Shown one piece after another: positions 37,961-47,915 of a stretch of 64,000 bases of DNA (its first letter is position 1; each line of letters begins with the position of its first letter). A program made the position numbers and the translations under genes. Source of the DNA: an uncultured delta proteobacterium (GTDB taxonomy: Bacteria > Desulfobacterota > RBG-13-43-22); the NCBI GenBank assembly GCA_963790475.1, contig CAWBOS010000012.1, positions 576,001-640,000 of the forward strand. Direction: 5' to 3'. The notes under the pieces are model-generated. The model made no database searches and had not been told where the DNA came from. It was given only the letters and a program-made list of their open reading frames with translations.

Positions 37961-38059
37961 GGATTTATGGTGGACAAACCCCGGGAAAGAAGACCCCCCC
38001 GATCCCAATTTAGGCGATCTCTTCATTTTCATATCAAGACTATTAGGAGGTCCTTAATA

Positions 38060-39373
38060 TTAGGGGATAACCCCTTCCTCTTTGAAACGTTCGATATCTT
38101 CCCAGGAATACCCTTCCTCCAGGAGGACCTCCTCCGTGTGCTGACTGAACTCGGGCGCCGGCATCCTGATAGTCGCCGGGGTCTTACTCATATTCACCGG
38201 GCTGGCCATGATCTCCATCCGTCCGTAACTGGGGTGGTCAAAGGGCAGAAAAAAGTTGTTGGCCCTGGCCTGGGGATCGTTAATAACTTCAACCAGAGTT
38301 TGAACCGGCGAAGCCGGCAGGTCCGACAGTAGAGGCCGCCATTCTTCAAGGGTCCGGGTCAGAAAGGCCTCTCGGAAAATATGGTAAAGTTCTTTCCGGT
38401 TTTCCTGCCGCGCCTCCAGGGTGGCAAACCTGGGGTCAGGTTCCAGTTCCTGACGGTCGATCAGTTTACAGAATTTCGACCAATAGCGGTCTGCCTGCAG
38501 GGCATTAAAACGGATCAATTTTCCGTCCTTGGTCCCATAGGTATTGGCCATGGGATTGGGCAGGCGTTCCCGGTAAAAATCAGCCAGACGCTTGATGGCG
38601 CTCCGGGAATCATTAATGAGCGCGTCCCGTTGTTTCCTTTCCTCTTCCGTCCCTTCGAAGGCCTCAAGCCGGTACTCCATTTCATCCTGCCCTGTGGTCA
38701 AGGCTGCCGCGACGTCAAAGGTCAACTGGTAAAGCCCGGTAAAGAACAGGGAGACGTCCACCTCCTGTCCCACGCCCAGCCGGTCCCGGGCATAAAGGGC
38801 ATTCATCACGCCGAAGGCCAGCCCCAGCCCGGCCACGTTGTCGCCGAAGGCCGGTCGTGAATTAGGGCCCGACATGCCGGGAATGGTCAGCAAATGATTG
38901 ATACCCGACCTCGCCCAGTATACGGTGGTGTCGTAAGCGGGCATGTCCTTGTCCGGACCTTTCATACCATGCCCGGTGACCGAACCATAGATCAGACGAG
39001 GATTCATGGTGCTGAGGGTCTCATATCCCATTCCGAACTTTTTCCGCTCGGAGAGCCTTAAATTGGTCAAAAAGATATCCGCCTTCTCGGCCATTTTATA
39101 AATGATTTTCCTACCCCCCTCCTTGGAGAGGTCGATGGCCACACCGCGTTTGTTCCGATTAAAGACCTCCCAGTTATAGGGGATGTCAGAGGGTATCCCG
39201 GCCGGTCCGCCGCCGGCCCCGGCCTGGAGATTTCGCCAGGAATCGCCGGTCACGGCGTTCTCGATATGAAGGACCTCCGCCCCGAAATCGGCCAGGTGGC
39301 GGGCGCACATGGGTACCGCCGCCACCTGAGATACATCGATCACTTTTATACCTTCCAGGGCCATGGGCGTCAT
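38060..39373 (-). CDS. Class III (CaiB/BaiF) CoA-transferase
   Basis: LEGIKVID, LADFGAEV, NRNKRG, NPRLIY, active-site FGD, PAPEFSQHT. Confidence 0.92.
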   Translation of the reverse strand: MTPMALEGIKVIDVSQVAAVPMCARHLADFGAEVLHIENAVTGDSWRNLQAGAGGGPAGIPSDIPYNWEVFNRNKRGVAIDLSKEGGRKIIYKMAEKADIFLTNLRLSERKKFGMGYETLSTMNPRLIYGSVTGHGMKGPDKDMPAYDTTVYWARSGINHLLTIPGMSGPNSRPAFGDNVAGLGLAFGVMNALYARDRLGVGQEVDVSLFFTGLYQLTFDVAAALTTGQDEMEYRLEAFEGTEEERKQRDALINDSRSAIKRLADFYRERLPNPMANTYGTKDGKLIRFNALQADRYWSKFCKLIDRQELEPDPRFATLEARQENRKELYHIFREAFLTRTLEEWRPLLSDLPASPVQTLVEVINDPQARANNFFLPFDHPSYGRMEIMASPVNMSKTPATIRMPAPEFSQHTEEVLLEEGYSWEDIERFKEEGVIP

Positions 39374-39485
39374 TTAGTGTTTTCCTCCTGTGTCAGTGGT
39401 CTTTTCTTCCGGTCCTGTTTAACCATACTTCTTATGTTATTTATTGTCATGACAACTTGATAAGACCTTTCTATTTGATGAAATG

Positions 39486-39514
39486 AGTATAGGGTAAGAA
39501 AAAGACAGGATCAA
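39486..39514 (-). promoter_or_regulatory. sigma70 promoter of the CoA-transferase gene
   Basis: TTGATC-17 nt-TATACT on the minus strand. Confidence 0.65.
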
Positions 39515-39703
39515 GAATAAAAAAAGAGCGAAAGGCAGGGATGGGGTCCCTTCGGTTTCCCCTAAACCCTTGACTTGCAGTCTGCTACTCAATTATACTC
39601 AAATCATCTGGAGCAAGCGCCAGTCCACTAGCAAAAGGCCTGACCGATGGTTCTCGAATTCTCATAATGGTATTATTGTTATAACCATAAGAGGTGAGAG
39701 ACA

Positions 39704-40744
39704 ATGGGCCGGAACAAAATCAGGGAGTTAAATCTAAAAGCAATCTTAAAATTTTTCATCCCTGTCATTTTGATCATCGTGATCATCGGCTGGGCGAGTT
39801 ATCATTTTGTTCATCCGATCCCCCCGAAAACTCTGGTGATGAGTACCGGCATGGAGCTGGGCTCATTTGTTCTCTTCGGTGAACGTTACCGGCAGATGCC
39901 GGCCCGAAAGGCATCCATGTAAAACTCCTTCCCTCATCAGGAGCCGTGGAGAATTTGAAACGCCTGAGGGATCAATCCCAGAGGGTTGATGCCGGTTTTG
40001 TCCAGGGAATGCTTCACGATAAAGATATCAAACTGATGAGTTTCAACCAGGCGGAATCCTACACCAGGCTTTTCCCCCGCCTGTCTCACGTGATTTTGCC
40101 CAAGGGAATAGTGAACCTGTCTGAAAGATACCCTTCCTCGGATATTCATCTTCTATCCTCGACGGTAAATCTTATGGGGCGCAAAACCCTGCCTCCGGCC
40201 TTGATTTATCTGCTTCTGAGACCTCTATGGAAATGTATAGCGGTGCCGACTGGATTCACAAGGCAGGTGAATTCCCTTCATTGAAGACCCAGGATTTCCT
40301 GATCAGTGAACAGGCTCAGCGGTTTTACAAGGCGGGGGGTTCGGTCCTTTATGATTCCCTGCCCTTTTGGGCAGCCGCATTCTTCAACAGCATGCTCCTG
40401 ATACTTATTCCCCTGGGAGTGATATTGATTCCAATGATTGGAATCCTGCCCTGGCTGTATACCTGGAGAAACCGGTCGAAATATTATCGCCGGTACCGAG
40501 AACTTAGAAATTTTGAAAAGGATATGACGGAATACTGCCTATTAGAAAATTTTAATGATTATCAGGAGCGTCTCGCTTAAATCGAGAAAGCGGTCACCGG
40601 ATCAAGATTTCGGTTCCTTTTTATGATGAGGTTTTTATTTTGAAAGGGCACATCCAAATGGTGAGGCAAAGGCTTATCGATTTGAATCATGCGCTATCAA
40701 AAAATTCCGATGCTACTAATACTAATCATTCTAAAATAGACTGA
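39704..40744 (+). pseudogene. TAXI-family TRAP substrate-binding membrane protein, multiply frameshifted with internal deletion
   Basis: Consecutive fragments PIPPKTLVMSTG / SGAVENL..DAGFVQG / LMSF..YTRLFP / GEFPS..LPFWAA / WLYTWR / FYDEVFILKGHI in changing frames. Confidence 0.8.
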
Positions 40745-40769
40745 CGGCATACCTATTCAACGATTTCAC

Positions 40770-42872
40770 CTAAGACTTATCCAAAATCATGCGGACATCG
40801 AGTCCCAGGCACCCTCCTTTCTCCAGGAATACCCGAAGGGGATTAATGTCGATCTCGCGAATTTCGGGGAGATCACATAGCAGCTGGGAAAGCCGCAGTA
40901 AGACTTCAGCCACGGACTCCAGATCGGAAGGGTTTGTCCCTCGAGCCCCCTTGAACATAGCTATTCCACGGATCTCGTTGATCATTTCCATCGCCTCCCG
41001 GGGAGTTATGGGGGCTACGCGCAAAGAGACTTCACCAAAAATTTCCACGAAAATTCCTCCCAACCCGACCAGGACGACCGGGCCGAATTGTTCATCCTGC
41101 CGTCCGCCGATGATGAGCTCCCGTCCGCCTGTGGCCATAGGCTGAATCAGCACGCCTTCAATTTTGGCCTCGGGGTAGACCTGGGTGATCCGTTTGAGCA
41201 TGTCCCGATAGGCGTCGGCCACACCGGCTTCAGTACGCAGGTTCAGCTGCACCCCACCGGCATCGGATTTATGCGAAATGGCTTTGGAGATTATTTTCAT
41301 GGCGACCGGGAAGCCCAACTCCCTGGCCGCTTTGACGGCCTCCCCTTCATCAGGAACCGGAATGCCCCGGATCATTGGAATGCCGTAAACATTCAATACC
41401 TCCCCAGCTTCATGCAGGAAGAGATCCCTTTTCTCCGTTCTCGCTTTTTGAAGAAGAGACCGGGCCATCTCCTGGTTCACTGGGAAAAGGTCACTTTTTC
41501 GAGGTTCGCGGGTGTGTTCGATTTCGGCATAATAGCGGTGGTTCAGCTCCAAAGCCCGGACGGTCTCCACGACTTGGGTGAAGATGGGATAGTTCAGGTT
41601 CCTTTTCAGCCAGGCCACTTCCTGGTCTTCCGTGGAAACGTACACGGCCACCGGTTTCTCGTATTGTTTGGAAAGCTCTCTTATTCGGGCCAGAAGTTCC
41701 CGGGATTTCGGTCCTTCAATCAAAGGGATTATGGTATGAAGGAAGACAATGCCGTCGACCCCGTCTTCAGTTAAAGTCCGTTCGATGATACGCAGAAAAA
41801 AATCCAAATCAAAGAGGTCTCCGAGGTCCAAGGGATTGGTCAGTTTAATCACCGAGGCCCGGAAATGTTTCTCGATCTCTTCGATGAATTCCTGGGGAAA
41901 CTGGGCCAGCTTAAATCCAACGTATTCACAGGCATCGGCAGCAATCACGGCATGGCCCCCGGAACGGGAGATGATCGCCAGGTTCCTGCCGCGCATCGGC
42001 GGCAGATGCAAAATCTTAAGGTCATTGCCCAAGGTAGTGGCATCGTTTACCCGTATGATCCCGCACTGGCGAAAGGCGGCATCGACCACACGGTCATTGC
42101 TGGACAGGGAGGCGGTGTGGGAAGCCGCGATAGATTTGCCGAACTGACCGATGTTGGCCTTGGAAGCCAAAATGGGCTTGCGGGATTTGCGGGCCACCGC
42201 CATGAGTTTGCGCCCGTTCTGGATCCCCTCCAGGTGGAGATAGATATAATTCGTGGCCGGGTCCTCGAGAAAATATTCGAGGAACTCTTCGGTCTGGATG
42301 TTGAGCATGTTCCCGGCCGAAACGAATTTGTTCAGCCCCAAACCTTCGTTCCCCATCAGGTTGAGCACGGACATACCCACCCCCCCGCTTTGAGAGATCA
42401 GGGAAATGTCCCCTAAGCGGACATCAGGATTCAGCGGGGTAAAAGGGGTACAAAGACCATTTTCTCTATTGATCACCCCGATGCAGTTCGGGCCGACGAA
42501 CCGGATGCCCCATTTTTCAGCCACCCGGACAATTTTTTCCTCAAACTTCTTACCCTCCTCCCCGTACTCACGAAACCCCGAGCTCTCCACGACTGCCCAG
42601 AGGATTCCTTTCTGCCCGCATTCATCGAGGATATCGGCGACCGTTCGGGCCGGAGTGAGGATGACGGCCAGGTCTACCTGATCGGGAATATCCAAAACTG
42701 ATTTGTAGATTCGCCTCCCGGCAAAAGCACCCCCTTTCGGCCCGACTTCATAGATGATCCCGCGAAAACCAAATTCAGTGAGGTTATAAATGATTCCCAG
42801 TCCCAAATTGTCCGCTGAGGTGGAAACACCGATCACGGCCACGCTGTCAGGGTAAAAAATATTCCGCATCAT
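40770..42872 (-). CDS. Acetate--CoA ligase (ADP-forming)-family acyl-CoA synthetase, fused alpha/beta
   Basis: PDSVAVIG, VGPNCIG, SQSGG, SHTAS (phospho-His), HKSDAGGV, FGPVV, DINPL. Confidence 0.88.
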   Translation of the reverse strand: MMRNIFYPDSVAVIGVSTSADNLGLGIIYNLTEFGFRGIIYEVGPKGGAFAGRRIYKSVLDIPDQVDLAVILTPARTVADILDECGQKGILWAVVESSGFREYGEEGKKFEEKIVRVAEKWGIRFVGPNCIGVINRENGLCTPFTPLNPDVRLGDISLISQSGGVGMSVLNLMGNEGLGLNKFVSAGNMLNIQTEEFLEYFLEDPATNYIYLHLEGIQNGRKLMAVARKSRKPILASKANIGQFGKSIAASHTASLSSNDRVVDAAFRQCGIIRVNDATTLGNDLKILHLPPMRGRNLAIISRSGGHAVIAADACEYVGFKLAQFPQEFIEEIEKHFRASVIKLTNPLDLGDLFDLDFFLRIIERTLTEDGVDGIVFLHTIIPLIEGPKSRELLARIRELSKQYEKPVAVYVSTEDQEVAWLKRNLNYPIFTQVVETVRALELNHRYYAEIEHTREPRKSDLFPVNQEMARSLLQKARTEKRDLFLHEAGEVLNVYGIPMIRGIPVPDEGEAVKAARELGFPVAMKIISKAISHKSDAGGVQLNLRTEAGVADAYRDMLKRITQVYPEAKIEGVLIQPMATGGRELIIGGRQDEQFGPVVLVGLGGIFVEIFGEVSLRVAPITPREAMEMINEIRGIAMFKGARGTNPSDLESVAEVLLRLSQLLCDLPEIREIDINPLRVFLEKGGCLGLDVRMILDKS

Positions 42873-43038
42873 TCCCCCTATTGATTCGATTTGGTTCTTA
42901 ATATCATTCGTTTTCCACCAATGACTGCGATTGGGAAACACCGGCCTTCCGGGTCAGGGCAGAATAAAACGGCTGAGCTGAATGGAATGTTTTTGAGTTC
43001 GAGGCGGCCAAGCCGCAAATCGGGTGTAAAGCCGGGGC

Positions 43039-44979
43039 CTATTGTCCCGGATAGTCCGATTCAAGCCATCCCTTTATTGATCTTACTTTATAAGTTTTTT
43101 GGTAATATTTTATAAAGGCCTCGACGATTTTCTGATCAAAAGAAGTGTTAATCCCTCCTCTCAAACGCCTTATCGCTTCCTCGAAATGCATCGGATCTCG
43201 ATAGTGTCGTTTGGCGGTCAAGGCTTCAAAAACATCGGCTACAGCAATAATCCTGGCACCCAAGGGAATCTCATCTCCCTTCAAACCATTGGGGTACCCG
43301 CTGCCGTCTATCTTTTCATGATGGGCCCCGGCCAATAACGGGATTTCAGAATAGTTACCACTGAAATTCATCTGATCTAAAATCGTTTTGGTTTTTAAAG
43401 CGTGAGACTTTATTTCTGAATGCTCTTCATCCGTAAGCGCCCCCGGTTTTTTAAGAATATCATCCCTTACTCCCAATTTGCCATAATCGTGAAGCAGACC
43501 GGCTATTCCTATGACCTCACAATATTCTTCACTTAATCCCAATTCTCGGGCTATGCCCAAGGAATATTCGGTCACCTTTTCGGAATGACCAGCTGTTAAC
43601 GGATCCCGGGCATCAATGGAGGCCGCCAGAACGCGTAAAATAGAATTAAACTGCTGTTTTTGTTGCTCTATTAACAGGGCGTTGTTGATGCTGATTCCGA
43701 TTTGAGGGGCAATCCCCATCAGTAAACTTATATCGGTTTGAATCAACTCCCTCTTTTTTTCAATATTATCGACTACCAGGACCCCTAAAGAATTTTTCTC
43801 GTAAATAATGGGACAACAGACAAAGGATTTACTCCCGGTGCTTTTAAGAAATTCCATGCTTTTTGCTGAAATGTCATCTTTTATTTCGTCAATATTACTA
43901 ACCAAAAAAGGTTTCTGTTCGTTGAAGGAGTGGACAAAGATTCCTTTTGATTCGGGTTTATCCAAATGAAAGAAAGTATTTTTAACGGCCGACAGTTGTT
44001 CCTCGTTTAGTCCATAACCGGCAGAATAAATCAATTGAGTTTTTTCCGGATTAGACAGGAGGATCATTCCCCGGTCATAATCCAGCCGTATCTCCAGGGC
44101 GCGCATAATATTTTCCAGGATATCGTTAATATTTAACTTTTTACTGATGGCCTGTCCAATCTCATTGATCATCAAAGCATTTTTATAGTTGATATCAATT
44201 TGATCAATTTGTTGTTCTGCCAACACCCTAAAACTATTTATAGTGGTTTTTAACTCTTTCTTTTCTGATAAATTAATAACATAACTTAACGATATGAAAA
44301 CAAGAAGAATTGAAAGAATAATGATGGTATCCCAAGGGAAAAAAGGAATCAAAACACCTCCGGCCAGTAATGAAAGAACCACGCTGATATTTCTAACTCT
44401 TTTCCAAAAGGAAGAAGGGGAGGCCTCCCAGGAAATAATATAGCGGCAGACCTTTCCCCCCTTAAAAATACATTCAGTATGATCTGTCCGGGATATTTTA
44501 TAATCAAAAATGTCAACGATGGCCTGGAACATCCCCAACCTGTTTTCGCACTGATAAAGTTTTTCTTGAACACCTTCTTGAGGGGTTACGGTGATCTCTA
44601 CGGTATTGGGCGAAACTTTTCTGGACTGATAAACGAAGGATCTTGTAAACTTGGAAGTGACACGACCTAACATGGAATAGGCCATTAAGGGGCCGATCCA
44701 GGTAAGGGCATATTGTTTAAGTAATCCCGCTCCTTTCGAAAAGGCGGCGTATCGCCCTACTTCCCGGGCAATGTCCTTATTTCCGGTTAACTCTACCAGT
44801 TTCTCATGAAATCGGTCATGTTGCTCTTGAGTAAACCAGTGCCCTTCATCACTTATCTGATAGGATTCCACTTGGGAATATTTTAATAAATCCTGAATAT
44901 TGACATAGGGATAATTTGTTTTAGTAAATTCAATGTAGGTATTCAGTATTCTGCTGTTATAGAGATGTTCTTCGGCCAT
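43039..44979 (-). CDS. HD-GYP c-di-GMP phosphodiesterase with V4R/H-NOX-like N-terminal domain, 2 TM and GAF
   Basis: TAGHSEKV, LHDYGK, HHEKIDGSGYP, VADVFEAL; GAF CCPI...LGVL; N-terminal Cys/His cluster. Confidence 0.88.
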   Translation of the reverse strand: MAEEHLYNSRILNTYIEFTKTNYPYVNIQDLLKYSQVESYQISDEGHWFTQEQHDRFHEKLVELTGNKDIAREVGRYAAFSKGAGLLKQYALTWIGPLMAYSMLGRVTSKFTRSFVYQSRKVSPNTVEITVTPQEGVQEKLYQCENRLGMFQAIVDIFDYKISRTDHTECIFKGGKVCRYIISWEASPSSFWKRVRNISVVLSLLAGGVLIPFFPWDTIIILSILLVFISLSYVINLSEKKELKTTINSFRVLAEQQIDQIDINYKNALMINEIGQAISKKLNINDILENIMRALEIRLDYDRGMILLSNPEKTQLIYSAGYGLNEEQLSAVKNTFFHLDKPESKGIFVHSFNEQKPFLVSNIDEIKDDISAKSMEFLKSTGSKSFVCCPIIYEKNSLGVLVVDNIEKKRELIQTDISLLMGIAPQIGISINNALLIEQQKQQFNSILRVLAASIDARDPLTAGHSEKVTEYSLGIARELGLSEEYCEVIGIAGLLHDYGKLGVRDDILKKPGALTDEEHSEIKSHALKTKTILDQMNFSGNYSEIPLLAGAHHEKIDGSGYPNGLKGDEIPLGARIIAVADVFEALTAKRHYRDPMHFEEAIRRLRGGINTSFDQKIVEAFIKYYQKTYKVRSIKGWLESDYPGQ

Positions 44980-45331
44980 TGGATATCTTTTTGTTAACAA
45001 CTGGAAGGTTCAAAATAAATCCCCTAAAAACGATTAATAGAGGTTGAATAATTTTTCATATATTAGCATAAAAACGGTAGGAAAAGAATATAATGTTTTT
45101 TTGCAACCGTTTCCCGTACCCATGACGGTTCCCCTGCCTGACTTTTCGGCTCACCCTGTGAGGCAGGGGCCAAAGGGTGTTTAGTCGCCAACCATAAGAT
45201 GAGATGGCTCGGGGAAGATCTCCATTGATGGAAAGAGAATCAGGGGCATCCCCCAAAATCCGGCTCTTGTAATAGAGGGCTCCACTGTGGTATGTTTTCT
45301 GAACATAATTTCAGGTTGAAAGGAGTCATCC

Positions 45332-46003
45332 ATGGACCTTGTGGAGGCGATTAAGGCCAGAAAAAGTATCAGAGGATATAAAGACGACCCGATTCCACAG
45401 GAAATATTGCGGAAGATCCTGGAAGTGGCCACCTGTGCGCCATCCGCGGACAATAGTCAGCCCTGGGAGATTACCGTGATCACCGGAAAAATATTGAAAG
45501 ACATTGCTGAGGCGAATGTAGAGGCCTTAAATTCCGGACGGCCTATCACACCGGACGTGACCCACAAACCCTATGAGGGGATCTACCGGAAACGTCAGAT
45601 GGAGGTGGGTAAAAAGATTTTTGAATTGATGGATATCCCACGGGAAGACAAGGTAAAACGGAATACCTGGATATTAAGGGGCTTTCGCTTTTTTGACGCG
45701 CCTGCCGCCTTCCTTCTTGCGGCCGATGAATCCCTTGATCCGACGCGGGCGGCTTCGGATATTGGCGGTATAGCCCAAACAATCTGCCTGGTTGCCCAGA
45801 ACTATGGGCTGGGAACCTGTATCGCCTCCCAAGGAGTGTTATATGCCGATATCGTGAAGCAATTCACCAAGATTCCAAAGACAAAAAAAATCTACTGGTG
45901 CATTACCATCGGTTATCCCGATTGGGATTTTCCGGCAAATAAGGTCAAAACCGACAGGGAGCCACTTCAGGTCAACACCTCCTGGCTGGGTTTTGATGAA
46001 TAA
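45332..46003 (+). CDS. Nitroreductase family protein
   Basis: RKSIRGY, APSADNSQPW, GLGTC, IGYPD. Confidence 0.9.
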   Translation: MDLVEAIKARKSIRGYKDDPIPQEILRKILEVATCAPSADNSQPWEITVITGKILKDIAEANVEALNSGRPITPDVTHKPYEGIYRKRQMEVGKKIFELMDIPREDKVKRNTWILRGFRFFDAPAAFLLAADESLDPTRAASDIGGIAQTICLVAQNYGLGTCIASQGVLYADIVKQFTKIPKTKKIYWCITIGYPDWDFPANKVKTDREPLQVNTSWLGFDE

Positions 46004-46175
46004 ACAATGAGTCCCCGATAGGCAACCATTCTCTCAGGCCAAGGTGGTTGTGCCCTTAGAATTAGTGAACCAATGAGGGATGCACATTTCCAGCCATTTC
46101 CCCGCCCTTGTAAAAAAAATTGAAAACTTTTCCTCATTTTATTTGAGGGTTCGCTATATTTTTCTTTTTTTGAAT

Positions 46176-46445
46176 CTATTTATTCGAAGAATTCACAAAT
46201 CGATTTATAGCTTCGGCTACCTGCTGGGGCTGGTCGAAATTATCAAAATGGCTGGCATTGCTGACCCATTCCAAACGGACATTCGGACATTTTGTGGAAA
46301 TATCCTCGAAGAGGGTCTTGGGTTGGGCAGGATTGTGGTCGGCCTGTAATTGCATTACCGGAAAAGGGAAATTGTTTTTACAGATCTTTCCGATGGCCGT
46401 ATCCAGATCCCAATTTTTCGGGTTAAAATATTTGGGGTTCATCCG
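46176..46445 (-). pseudogene. C-terminal fragment of an alpha/beta hydrolase
   Basis: FPVMQLQAD..P..LEWVSNASHFDNFDQPQQVAEAINRF (acid/His region); no nucleophile elbow. Confidence 0.6.
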
Positions 46446-46759
46446 ATCGCTCTCGGCGTCGGGTCAGGATTATCCTTCTGTTTGTTTTTTTCTGGTTAAG
46501 CTCCTTCTTTCCGAGTACCCATTAAAAATGAGCCGGGGAGGGAGCAACAGGTAGCCTGTTCGTTGCGGCTTTGGACTGTGCCTATCTTAGATCTTTATCA
46601 TTGACACCCGATCGGCACCTGCTTAGGTTTCTATTTTTTTAGGCATTGATTTAAGTAAGATGTATTCCTTCCCTCTTGAAAAACAAATCTTGGGAGTTAA
46701 TCGGTTCTGGCTATCATCCATTTTGGAGGTTTCAAAGGATTATTCCCAGAGGCTATAGA

Positions 46760-47878
46760 TTATTGTAACGTCCTTAAAGACCTCTCCATTTTAATTTTCT
46801 CTGGAATCTTTTGGTAGACCGGATAGTTAACCCCATTCCACCAGCCGTGGCCGTTGGTTATCTCCTTAGGCAGGTGTAGGGGAACCTGACGCCCGTCCAG
46901 TTTTAAGGACTTTGAGGCAGCTTCCAGGATGGTTACGACTCGCAAGCCGTTATTTCCATCGGAATGGGGCCTGGTCCCTTTTCCTATGCATCCCACGAAA
47001 GTATCGCATTGTTTCCTGAGCGGTTCATATTCCTCAATTCTCGGACAATACATATCTCCGGATCGGTAGGAGAAATGAAACTCGGCAAAGGTATCATAAT
47101 AAGGGGGTATATCCACCCCCTTGTCATATATCTTTATCTTTTCCTGTAATTCCAGATCATCGTAAACTAACATTTTTCGTGTTCCAACTATCGTTGTTTT
47201 CCGGATCTTTTTCGGGTCAAGCCAACTGTTGTGAATAAAGGCGATCAGGCTATCTTTGAAACTAAGGGTAGTGGTGGCCACATCTTCCAGCTCTGTTTTA
47301 AAATGGGCTTTCCCCTGGCAGTTGACTGAAACAGGAAATTCGCCCAGGACATAAAGAATGATGGATATATCGTGGGGGGCAAGATCCCAAACCACATTGA
47401 TATCCTTTTGAAAAAGTCCCAAGTTCACGCGGGTGCAGCTCACATAGAGTATCTTTCCTAATTCCCCCGATTCGACGATCTCTTTAATCTTGTTTACAGC
47501 GGCCGTATATTCAAAGGTGTGGCCCACCATCAGGATCCGTTTTCTTTCTTTGGCTAACTTAATCAATTCCAGACAGCTTTCCAGAGAATGGGTCAGTGGT
47601 TTTTCCACCAAAACATGCTTTCCCTGCTCCAGGAATTCCTTGGCCAAAAGATAATGACTGTTAACCGGGGTGGCAATAACCGCGCCGTCCAGATCGGGCA
47701 TTTCCAGAAGTTTGTGGTAATCCTCTACTGCCTTAACGGAGGGGAAAAGAGTCTTTACCCTCTCTATTTTTTTAGGATCAAAATCACAGCAATATAATTG
47801 ATCTACCTTATTTAGTTGGGTAAAATTTCTAATCAAATTGGGTCCCCAATAGCCGCAACCTATGACTGCAATTTTCAT
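46760..47878 (-). CDS. Gfo/Idh/MocA oxidoreductase (sugar-nucleotide dehydrogenase type)
   Basis: GCGYWG, VEKP, MVGHTF, WDLAPHD. Confidence 0.88.
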   Translation of the reverse strand: MKIAVIGCGYWGPNLIRNFTQLNKVDQLYCCDFDPKKIERVKTLFPSVKAVEDYHKLLEMPDLDGAVIATPVNSHYLLAKEFLEQGKHVLVEKPLTHSLESCLELIKLAKERKRILMVGHTFEYTAAVNKIKEIVESGELGKILYVSCTRVNLGLFQKDINVVWDLAPHDISIILYVLGEFPVSVNCQGKAHFKTELEDVATTTLSFKDSLIAFIHNSWLDPKKIRKTTIVGTRKMLVYDDLELQEKIKIYDKGVDIPPYYDTFAEFHFSYRSGDMYCPRIEEYEPLRKQCDTFVGCIGKGTRPHSDGNNGLRVVTILEAASKSLKLDGRQVPLHLPKEITNGHGWWNGVNYPVYQKIPEKIKMERSLRTLQ

Positions 47879-47915
47879 TTTAACCCCCTTAGTCAGAAGT
47901 TAGATAAGATTATTT

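Noticed and set aside
45000-45330. c-di-GMP riboswitch upstream of the HD-GYP gene
   Set aside because: No GGCAAAC...GAAA...GCAAAG-type consensus on either strand
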